Shown here: positions 1 to 11,490 of the stretch, piece by piece
Layout of the letters: each line of letters starts with the position of its first letter
Numbering within the stretch: the first letter of the stretch is position 1
NCBI GenBank assembly: GCA_964016885.1
Contig: OZ024742.1
Coordinates: 114,948,001-115,012,000 of the forward strand
Direction of reading: 5' to 3'
DNA: 64,000 bases
DNA from: Eledone cirrhosa
Taxonomy: Eukaryota
The notes under the pieces: generated by a model
Told to the model about the DNA's origin: nothing
The model's database searches: none
The model's input: the letters and a program-made list of their open reading frames with translations, nothing else
Translations under genes and position numbers: made by a program

Positions 1-3000
1 TGTTTGCTGAGATCAAAGTGAGTGAATTTGTCACTACTTTAAAACAATAGCTTACGGTCTTCAAAATGCTTTTAATTATGCATAAAGTATATTGCAAAAT
101 ACATTATATATACATCCATATATATATTGCTATTTCAGAGCTCCAATTCTAATTTTTTAATTTCTGCCTGACCAACAACCGCTCTGCATAATCAGCTCCT
201 GATTATTTACTAGATTTCTATAAGAATATAACATCATTGATCTCAGTAGACAGGTGGGGTAGTTGGCCTTGATAAGCTTCAACCAAATTGAAACATGTCA
301 TGTCGGCTTATCTCCTCTGTTTGCAGACATCAAAGTGAGTGAATTTGTCACTACTTTAAAACAATAGCTTACGGTCTTCAAAATGCTTTTAATTATGCAT
401 AAAGTATATTGCAAAATACATTATATATACATCCATATATATATATTGCTATTTCAGAGCTCCAATTCTAATTTTTAATTTTTGCCTGACCAACAACCAC
501 TCTGCATAATCAGCTCCTGATTATTTACTAGATTTCTATAAGAATATAACAGCATTGATATGAGTAGACAGGTGGGGTAGTTGGCCTTGATAAGCTTCAA
601 CCACAGCGAAACATGCCATGTCGGCTTATCTACCCTGTTTGCTGAGATCAAAGTGAGTGAATTTGTCACTACTTTAAAACAATAGCTTACGGTCTTCAAA
701 ATGCTTTTAATTAAGCATAAAGTGTATTGCAAAATACATTATACATACATCCATATATATATTGCTATTTCAGAGCTACAATTCTAATTTTTAATTTCTG
801 CCTGACCAACAACCGCTCTGCATAATCAGCTCCTGATTATTTACTAGATTTCTATAAGAATATAACAGCATTGATATGAGTAGACAGGTGGGGTAGTTGG
901 CCTTGATAAGCTTCAACCAAAGCGAAACATGTTATGTCGGTTTATCTCCCCTGTTTGCTGAGATCAAAGTGAGTGAATTTGTCACTACTTTAAAACAATA
1001 GCTTACGGTCTTCAAAATGCTTTTAATTAAGCATAAAGTGTATTGCAAAATACATTATATATACATCCATATATATATTGCTATTTCAGAGGTCCAATTC
1101 TAATTTTTTATTTCTGCCTGACCAACAACCGCTCTGCATAATCAGCTCCTGATTATTTACTAGATTTCTATATTAATATAACATCATTGATCTCAGTAGA
1201 CAGGTGGGGTAGTTGGCCTTCATAAGCTTCAACCAAAGCGAAACATGTTATGTCGGCTTATCTCCCCTGTTTGCTGAGATCAAAGTGAGTGAATTTGTCA
1301 CTACTTTAAAACAATAGCTTACGGTCTTCAAAATGCTTTTAATTATGCATAAAGTATATTGCAAAATACATTATATATACATCCATATATATATTGCTAT
1401 TTCAGAGCTCCAATTCTAATTTTTTAATTTCTGCCTGACCAACAACCGCTCTGCATAATCAGCTCCTGATTATTTACTAGATTTCTATAAGAATATAACA
1501 TCATTGATCTCAGTAGACAGGTGGGGTAGTTGGCCTTGATAAGCTTCAACCAAATTGAAACATGTCATGTCGGCTTATCTCCTCTGTTTGCAGACATCAA
1601 AGTGAGTGAATTTGTCACTACTTTAAAACAATAGCTTACGGTCTTCAAAATGCTTTTAATTATGCATAAAGTATATTGCAAAATACATTATATATACATC
1701 CATATATATATATTGCTATTTCAGAGCTCCAATTCTAATTTTTAATTTTTGCCTGACCAACAACCACTCTGCATAATCAGCTCCTGATTATTTACTAGAT
1801 TTCTATAAGAATATAACAGCATTGATATGAGTAGACAGGTGGGGTAGTTGGCCTTGATAAGCTTCAACCACAGCGAAACATGCCATGTCGGCTTATCTAC
1901 CCTGTTTGCTGAGATCAAAGTGAGTGAATTTGTCACTACTTTAAAACAATAGCTTACGGTCTTCAAAATGCTTTTAATTAAGCATAAAGTGTATTGCAAA
2001 ATACATTATACATACATCCATATATATATTGCTATTTCAGAGCTACAATTCTAATTTTTAATTTCTGCCTGACCAACAACCGCTCTGCATAATCAGCTCC
2101 TGATTATTTACTAGATTTCTATAAGAATATAACAGCATTGATATGAGTAGACAGGTGGGGTAGTTGGCCTTGATAAGCTTCAACCAAAGCGAAACATGTT
2201 ATGTCGGTTTATCTCCCCTGTTTGCTGAGATCAAAGTGAGTGAATTTGTCACTACTTTAAAACAATAGCTTACGGTCTTCAACATGCTTTTAATTAAGCA
2301 TAAAGTGTATTGCAAAATACATTATATATATATATCCATATATATATTGCTATTTCATAGCTCCAATTCTAATTTTTAATTTCTGCCTGACCAACAACTG
2401 CTCTGCATAATCAGCTCCTGATTATTTACTAGATTTCTATAACAATATAACATCATTGATCTCAGTAGACAGGTGGGGTAGTTGGCCTTGATAAGCTTCA
2501 ACAAAAGCGAAATATGTCATGTCGGCTTATCTCCCCTGTTTGCTGAGATCAAAGTGAGTGAATTTGTCACTACTTTAAAACAATAGCTTACGGTCTTCAA
2601 AATGCTTTTAATTAAGCATAAAGTGTATTGCAAAATACATTATATATACATCCATATATATATTGCTATTTCAGAGGTCCAATTCTAATTTTTTATTTCT
2701 GCCTGACCAACAACCGCTCTGCATAATCAGCTCCTGATTATTTACTAGATTTCTATATTAATATAACATCATTGATCTCAGTAGACAGGTGGGGTAGTTG
2801 GCCTTCATAAGCTTCAACCAAAGCGAAACATGTTATGTCGGCTTATCTCCCCTGTTTGCTGAGATCAAAGTGAGTGAATTTGTCACTACTTTAAAACAAT
2901 AGCTTACGGTCTTCAAAATGCTTTTAATTATGCATAAAGTATATTGCAAAATACATTATATTTACATCCATATATATATTGCTATTTCAGAGCTCCAATT

Positions 3001-6000
3001 CTAATTTTTTAATTTCTGCCTGACCAACAACCGCTCTGCATAATCAGCTCCTGATTATTTACTAGATTTCTATAAGAATATAACATCATTGATCTCAGTA
3101 GACAGGTGGGGTAGTTGGCCTTGATAAGCTTCAACCAAATTGAAACATGTCATGTCGGCTTATCTCCCCTGTTTGCAGACATCAAAGTGAGTGAATTTGT
3201 CACTACTTTAAAACAATAGCTTACGGTCTTCAAAATGCTTTTAATTATGCATAAAGTATATTGCAAAATACATTATATATACATCCATATATATATATTG
3301 CTATTTCAGAGCTCCAATTCTAATTTTTAATTTTTGCCTGACCAACAACCACTCTGCATAATCAGCTCCGGATTATTTACTAGATTTCTATAAGAATATA
3401 ACATCATTGATCTCAGTAGACAGGTGGGTTAGTTGGCCTTGAAAAGCTTCAACCAAAGCGAAACATGTCATGTCGGCTTATTTCTCCTGTTTGCTGAGAT
3501 CAAAGTGTGTGAATGTGTCACTACTTTAAAACAATAGCTTACGGTCTTCAAAATTATTTTAATTAAGCATAAAGTGTATTGCAAAATACATTATATATAC
3601 ATCCATATATATATTGCTATTTCAGAGCTCCAATTCTAATTTTTAAGATCTGCCTGACCAACAACCGCTCTGCATAATCAGCTCCTGATTATTTACTAGA
3701 TTTCTATAAGAATATAACATCATTGATCTCAGTAGACAGGTGGGGTAGTTGCCCTTGATAAGCTTCAACCAAATTGAAACATGTCATGTCGGCTTATCTC
3801 CCCTGTTTGCTGAGATCAAAGTGAGTGAATTTGTCACTACTTTAAAACAATAGCTTACGGTCTTCAAAATGCTTTTAATTATGCATAAAGTATATTGCAA
3901 AATACATTATATATACATCCATATATATATTGCTATTTCAGAGCTCCAATTCTAATTTTTAAATTTCTGCCTGACCAACAACCGCTCTGCATAATCAGCT
4001 CCTGATTATTTACTAGATTTCTATAAGAATATAACATCATTGATCTCTGTAGACAGGTGGGGTAGTTGGCCTTGATAAGCTTCAACAAAAGCGAAACATG
4101 TAATGTCGGCTTATCTCCCCTGTTTGCTGAGATCAAAGTGAGTGAATTGGTCACTACTTTAAAACAATATCCTACGGTCTTCAAAATGCTTTTAATTAAG
4201 CATAAAGTGTATTGCAAAATACATTATATATACATCCATATATATATTGCTATTTCAGAGCTCCAATTATAATTTTTAATATCTGCCTGACCAACAACCG
4301 CTCTGCATAATCAGCTCCTGATTATTTACTAGATTTCTATAAGAATATAACATCATTGATCTCAGTAGACAGGTGGGTTAGTTGGCCTTGATAAGCTTCA
4401 ACCAAAGCGAAACATGTCATGTCGGCTTATCTCTCCTGTTTGCTGAGATCAAAGTGAGTGAATTTGTCACTACTTTAAAACAATAGCTTACGGTCTTCAA
4501 AATGCTTTTAATTAAGCATAAAGTGTATTGCAAAATACATTATATATACATCCATATATATATTGCTATTTCAGAGGTCCAATTCTAATTTTTTATTTCT
4601 GCCTGACCAACAACCGCTCTGCATAATCAGCTCCTGATTATTTACTAGATTTCTATATGAATATAACATCATTGATCTCAGTAGACAGGTGGGGTAGTTG
4701 GCCTTCATAAGCTTCAACCAAAGCGAAACATGTTATGTCGGCTTATCTCCCCTGTTTGCTGAGATCAAAGTGAGTGAATTTGTCACTACTTTAAAACAAT
4801 AGCTTACGGTCTTCAAAATGCTTTTAATTATGCATAAAGTATATTGCAAAATACATTATATATACATCCATATATATATTGCTATTTCAGAGCTCCAATT
4901 CTATTTTTTTAATTTCTGCCTGACCAACAACCGCTCTGCATAATCAGCTCCTGATTATTTACTAGATTTCTATAACAATATAACATCATTGATCTCAGTA
5001 GACAGGTGGGGTAGTTGGCCTTGATAAGCTTCAACCAAATTGAAACATGTCATGTCGGCTTATCTCCCCTGTTTGCAGACATCAAAGTGAGTGAATTTGT
5101 CACTACTTTAAAACAATAGCTTACGGTCTTCAAAATGCTTTTAATTATGCATAAAGTATATTGCAAAATACATTATATATACATCCATATATATATATTG
5201 CTATTTCAGAGCTCCAATTCTAATTTTTAATTTTTGCCTGACCAACAACCACTCTGCATAAGCAGCTCCTGATTATTTACTAGATTTCTATAAGAATATA
5301 ACATCATTGATCTCAGTAGACAGGTGGGTTAGTTGGCCTTGAAAAGCTTCAACCAAAGCGAAACATGTCATGTCGGCTTATTTCTCCTGTTTGCTGAGAT
5401 CAAAGTGTGTGAATGTGTCACTACTTTAAAACAATAGCTTACGGTCTTCAAAATTATTTTAATTAAGCATAAAGTGTATTGCAAAATACATTATATATAC
5501 ATCCATATATATATTGCTATTTCAGAGGTCCAATTCTAATTTTTTATTTCTGCCTGACCAACAACCGCTCTGCATAATCAGCTCCTGATTATTTACTAGA
5601 TTTCTATAAGAATATAACATCATTGATCTAAGTAGACAGGTGGGGTAGTTGGCCTTCATAAGCTTCAACCAAAGCGAAACATGTTATGTCGGCTTATCTC
5701 CCCTGTTTGCTGAGATCAAAGTGAGTGAATTTGTCACTACTTTAAAACAATAGTTTACGGTCTTCAAAATGCTTTTAATTAAGCATAAAGTGTATTGCAA
5801 AATACATTATATATACATCCATATATATATTGCTATTTCAGGGCTCCAATTCTAATTTTTAATATCTGCCTGACCCACAACCGCTCTGCATAATCAGCTC
5901 TTGATTATTTACTAGATTTCTATAAGAATATAACATCATTGATCTCAGTAGACAGGTGGGGTAGTTGGCCTTGATAAGCTTCAACCAAATTGAAACATGT

Positions 6001-8620
6001 CATGTCGGCTTATCTCCCCTGTTTGCAGAGATCAAAGTGAGTGAATTTGTCACTACTTTAAAACAATAGCTTACGGTCTTCAAAATGCTTTTAATTATGC
6101 ATAAAGTATATTGCAAAATACATTATATATACATCCATATATATATTGCTATTTCAGAGCTCCAATTCTAATTTTTAAATTTCTGCCTGACCAACAACCG
6201 CTCTGCATAATCAGCTCCTGTGTTTTACTAGATTTCTATAAGAATATAACATCATTGATCTCAGTAGACAGGTGGGGTAGTTGGCCTTGATAAGCTTCAA
6301 CCAAATTGAAACATGTCATGTCGGCTTATCTCCCCTGTTTGCAGAGATCAAAGTGAGTGAATTTGTCACTACTTTAAAACAATAGCTTACGGTCTTCAAA
6401 ATGCTTTTAATTAAGCATAAAGTGTATTGCAAAATACATTATATATACATCCATATATATATTGCTATTTCAGGGCTCCAATTCTAATTTTTAATATCTG
6501 CCTGACCCACAACCGCTCTGCATAATCAGCTCCTGATTATTTACTAGATTTCTATAAGAATATAACATCATTTATCTCAGTAGACAGGTGGGGTAGTTGG
6601 CCTTGATAAGCTTCAACCAAATTGAAACATGTCATGTCGGCTTATCTCCCCTGTTTGCTGAGATCAAAGTGAGTGAATTTGTCACTACTTTAAAACAATA
6701 GCTTACGGTCTTCAAAATGCTTTTAATTATGCATAAAGTATATTGCAAAATACATTATATATACATCCATATATATATTGCTATTTCAGAGCTCCAATTC
6801 TAATTTTTAAATTTCTGCCTGACCAACAACCGCTCTGCATAATCAGCTCCTGATTATTTACTAGATTTCTATAAGAATATAACATCATTGATCTCAGTAG
6901 ACAGGTGGGGTAGTTGGCCTTGATAAGCTTCAACCAAAGCGAAACATGTCATGTCGGCTTATCTCCCCTGTTTGCTGAGATCAAAGTGAGTGAATTTGTC
7001 ACTACTTTAAAACAATAGCTTACGGTATTCAAAATGCTTTTAATTAAGCGTAAAGTGTATTGCAAAATACATTATATATACATCCATATATATATATTGC
7101 TATTTCAGAGCTCCAATTCTAATTTTTAATTTCTGCCTGACCAACAACCACTCTGCATAATCAGCTCCTGATTATTTACTAGATTTCTATAAGAATATAA
7201 CATCATTGATCTCAGTAGACAGGTGGGGTAGTTGGCCTTGATAAGCTTCAACCAAAGCGAAACATGTCATGTCGGCTTATCTCTCCTGTTTGCTGAGATC
7301 AAAGTGAGTGAATTTGTCACTACTTTAAAACAATAGCTTACGGTCTTCAAAATGCTTTTAATTAAGCATAAAGTGTATTGCAAAATACATTATATATACA
7401 TCCATATATATATTGCTATTTCAGAGGTCCAATTCTAATTTTTTATTTCTGCCTGACCAACAACCGCTCTGCATAATCAGCTCCTGATTATTTACTAGAT
7501 TTCTATAAGAATATAACATCATTGATCTCAGTAGACAGGTGGGGTAGTTGGCCTTCATAAGCTTCAACCAAAGCGAAACATGTCATGTCGGCTTATCTCC
7601 CCTGTTTGCTGAGATCAAAGTGAGTGAATTTGTCACTACTTTAAAACAATAGCTTACGGTCTTCAAAATGCTTTTGATTAAGCATAAAGTGTATTGCAAA
7701 ATACATTATATATACATCCATATATATATTGCTATTTCAGAGCCCCAATTATAATTTTTAATATCTGCCTGACCAACAACCGCTCTGCATAATCAGCTCC
7801 TGATTATTTACTAGATTTCTATAAGAATATAACATCATTGATCTCAGTAGACAGGTGGGGTAGTTGGCCTTGATAAGCTTCAACCAAATTGAAACATGTC
7901 ATGTCGGCTTATCTCCCCTGTTTGCAGAGATCAAAGTGAGTGAATTTGTCACTACTTTAAAACAATAGCTTACGGTCTTCAAAATGCTTTTAATTATGCA
8001 TAAAGTATATTGCAAAATACATTATATATACATCCATATATATATTGCTATTTCAGAGCTCCAATTCTAATTTTTAAATTTCTGCCTGACCAACAACCGC
8101 TCTGCATAATCAGCTCCTGATTATTTACTAGATTTCTATAAGAATATAACATCATTGATCTCAGTAGACAGGTGGGGTAGTTGGCCTTGATAAGCTTCAA
8201 CAAAAGCGAAATATGTCATGTCGGCTTATCTCCCCTGTTTGCTGAGATCAAAGTGAGTGAACTTGTCACTACTTTAAAACAATAGCTTACGGTCTTCAAA
8301 ATGCTTTTAATTAAGCATAAAGTGTATTGCAAAATACGTTATATATACATCCATATATATATTGCTATTTCATATCTCCAATTCTAATTTTTAATTTCTG
8401 CTTGACCAACAACCGCTCTGCATAATCAGCTCCTGATTATTTACTAGATTTCTATAAGAATATAACATCATTGATCTCAGTAGACAGGTGGGGTAGTTGG
8501 CCTTGATAAGCTTCAACCAAAGCGAAACATGTCATGTCGGCTTATCTCTCCTGTTTGCTGAGATCAAAGTGAGTGAATTTGTCACTACTTTAAAACAATA
8601 GCTTACGGTCTTCAAAATGC
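1..8620 (+). repeat. Tandem array of ~317-bp monomers (27 units, left end outside window), each with a type I hammerhead ribozyme motif; retrozyme-like satellite
   Basis: Core motif recurs from 269 to 8503 (26 intervals, mean 316.7 bp). Units are near-identical apart from diagnostic substitutions. The array ends abruptly at ...caaaatgc (8620). Confidence 0.97.
6888..6984 (+). ncRNA. Representative type I hammerhead ribozyme (U3-A8 core variant) in satellite unit 22
   Basis: GGCC-TTGATAA(6920-6926)-GCTT caacca AAGC-GAAA(6941-6944)-CATGTCAT-GTC(6953-6955)-GGCT. Distal stem I is TTGATCTCAGTAGACAGG (6888-6905) paired with CCTGTTTGCTGAGATCAA (6967-6984), 18 bp with 2 G-U pairs. Confidence 0.85.
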
Positions 8621-10611
8621 GTCCGGAAAGACGAGGCTCTGGTGTTGATGTGCTCTTTGACCCGGATGTGTAGCGGCCGGATTGTGCTACCTATATAGTA
8701 GTGGTTGCACGTGTTACATTCTACCTTACACACGACGTATGTGCGTTGGTAACAGTTCGGATGGCGCATCGGTTAGTTTCTGAGGGAGCACGCGTTAGTC
8801 GATTTCCCGGGTTTCCTGGAGAGGCATCTTCGCAGGGAGGGGCCTGAGTGGGCCAAGTGGATGTCGAGGACCTCCCTCCGTATAGCGCGGCGGTAGCGTT
8901 GGTGGTATTCTCGCCCAGGTGTGGTATTTTAAGGAAGTGCTTGCCTTGGGTATTTCTCTGCCTCTTGTGTCTCTTATTCTGTTTGTGATTGAGGCAGTTT
9001 ACCCGTTCGTTTCCAGCACTTTGAGGAATCGATTGGTATAGGTGACACCACTTGCGGGATCGCTGCATCTGTTTTCAATTCGCATGATCTAGTTCGTGAT
9101 GTACCCTCTTTTAGCACTGTTAGGGAGGGCGGACTTGTAGTGGACGAATAGGTCCCTGCAGGCTGCCTTGCGGTAGGAGTTGGTGTGGATCCCTCCCTGT
9201 TCCGTGATGTTGATTCGGAAGTCGAGGAGGGCAAGTGACCCGTCGTCGATAGGGTGTTCAATACTGAAATCAATGTTCGCCTCCGTGTTGTTGAACGTCT
9301 CATATATTCAGCTCACCATCGCCTGGGAAGAGTTGAGGATGAGGATATCGTCCACGTACCTTGAGAACAAGGCGATGGCGTTGGGGTGGCAGGTGTTGAG
9401 TGCCTTGCGCTCGAGGCTATCCTTGTATGAGATCGCTAGCACACCCGACAGGCTTGAGTCCATGGGAAGTCCCGAGGTTTGCTGGTATGTCTGGTCGAGA
9501 AATCCGAAGTATGTGTTGTCAAATACGATGGAGAGGAGTTGGGAGTTGTCAGTGGTGGTGAGCCCGAAGCAGAGTAGGTCGGTAGATTGGACGCATTCCA
9601 TCGGTATATCAACGGCCGGGAGTGCCGGGACCGAGGTGTAAAGAGCGACTACATCAGGGCTGAAGGCTTATCCGTTAGCCTTTCTGGTGTCGGGATCCAT
9701 TTGATGCAGGCCCTCCAACACCTCCTCGGAACTGTTTACGTGTCCTGGCAAGGTGTCTAGGACGGGTTTGAGTATTCTGGCTAGAAGCCATGAAATTTTG
9801 TAGAGCGGTCCTTCAACCCTCGATACAATGGTTCTGATCTTCAGGTCGGGTCCCTGTTTGTGTGTTTTCACGAGGTGGTAGAAGGCGGGTTGTCTGCTGT
9901 TCCTCGTGAGGAGGTTGTATCTCAGCTTCTCGGGATCTTCCGCAGGGCGCAGATGTTGGTCCAGGCGTCGTTGATGTGCTCATCTATCTACGCGGGAGTG
10001 ATTCCCGTGTCTTTGGTGTAGAGGTTGGCATCAGAGGTGTTGGAGGTGTTGGAAGCCAGGGTGTTGTAGGGCTCTCTGCTGATGACGCAGAATTATTTTC
10101 CATTGTCGGAGGGGAGTTCGATGCGGTTCTTCGATTTCAGGTTGGGGAGAGTTGTGAGTTGAGATTTGGTGAGGTTGTGTGTTGTGTTGTGCGTGTGTAT
10201 GTGTGTTTGTGTAGAATATTCGAGATGGAGTGTTTTAGCCTGATGAGTTTAGTGTCGAGTCCGTGGTTGGTGGAGGGTGGGGGGGGTCGGGGTGGTAAGT
10301 CGGGAAATTGGGGTGGGTTACGTGGGCGCCGTTATTTTCCGTGGCGCTGTTGATGTCGGTCACCCATTTAAGTTAGTAGGCGGCTCGACAGAAGTTGGCT
10401 TCGATGTCGAGTTTGAGTCTGTCGTCGAGTCGTTGTGAGACGATGAGCTTTGGTCCGAGGCGTAGAGGCTTCTGCTCGTCGCTCGTGAGAGTGCTGCTTA
10501 GGTCGGTGACCAGCTGCATCGCATCGTTGAGATGTGGCTCGGTGCTGGTGGATGCGGCGGCGGTGGTTTTTTACGTTGTTGATTTCCTCGATGTTCTGGT
10601 CTGTCTGTTTC
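8621..10611 (-). mobile_element. Degenerate Penelope-like retroelement (RT and truncated GIY-YIG), frameshifted
   Basis: Minus-strand peptides KTHK..IRTIVS (9668-9871) and QQTSGLPM.SSLS..RYVDD (9308-9601); KCNTCNHYYIGS-like endonuclease segment near 8690-8730. Clearly homologous to 46250-47130. Confidence 0.9.
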
Positions 10612-11490
10612 TTACGAATCAAGGAAGCACTTTGGATCAAACGCCTAGGGCCACAAATAAATAACCGATCCGAAGGAAGCGAAATGAGGTGGTTGGTTTA
10701 AACAAACGAGGCAACAATACACGTACAGACACACACACAAGCGAGACAGCAACACACGCACACACACACAAGCGAGACAACAACACACGCACACACACCC
10801 ACACACAGTAGCATTCACCAAACAGGCAGGGAATACTAGCACCACACGAATACACTATTCAACACTGCGAATACAGAAACCAGCACAGGCAGATAATACA
10901 AAGGATTGACAGCTAACCCCACCCCCACGATTAAAATAACTATTTCGGACCCCGACCTCTGCTTGGCCGACTCCAGTTTCGCGCGCGCGCTCTGCTGAAT
11001 ACCTCAGATATACAAAACAACGAACAGTAGAGGACACGTATCGATCCTATCCGACAGATAACATCCCTCGCTCCGAAAACCGCCCAGTGATGGATGTGAA
11101 TCCGAAATATAGGGACAATTAAATCTCTACCAAAATAATTCTATCTCGTGTTATTATTTTTATTTGAATTGGCAGTATTGGTAGAGAGTCAGATATGCAT
11201 TTTACAGCGTAGTTACGTCCCTTTACGATCTGAGTTCAAATCCCGCCGAAGTTAACTTGGCCTTTCATCCTTAGAAGGTCGATAAAATAAAGGACCAGTA
11301 ATACACTGCGTAATTGCGGGCCTTATGCCAAAAGTAGAAACAATTATTTTTAATTGTTACTCTCTTTCCTACGTTCTTCTAGACACTAAACATCTCATTC
11401 TACATTCACTTACATCTCTCTCTCCACCACCGGATCTTGTTACCCGGAGAATTACCCATCTGCGTTGTTGAGGCTTCGAAAACTACCTAA
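10612..11490 (+). mobile_element. Inverted pseudo-LTR (3' end) of the same PLE family, interrupted by a SINE
   Basis: + strand encodes LRIKEALWIKRLGPQINNRSEGSEMRWLV* (10612-10701), the endonuclease C-terminus seen at 46090. Matches the reverse complement of 45430-46180. An inverted 5' pLTR is a known PLE structure. Confidence 0.85.
11164..11343 (+). mobile_element. tRNA-headed SINE
   Basis: TGGCAG A-box-like head, GAGTTCAAATCC B box, GCCTTTCATCC..GGTCGATAAAATAAA core, GAAACA-ATT end, flanked by attattttta. Confidence 0.9.

Noticed and set aside
475-4272. Short ORFs inside the satellite (85-94 aa)
   Set aside because: Open in only a few monomers, broken by indels in the rest, no recognisable domain
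1-8620. CRISPR-like or rDNA/snRNA tandem gene array
   Set aside because: No unique spacers and no 5S, tRNA or snRNA sequence recognisable; no second HHR found on the minus strand
11164-11260. tRNA genes
   Set aside because: A/B-box sequences belong to SINE heads; no cloverleaf
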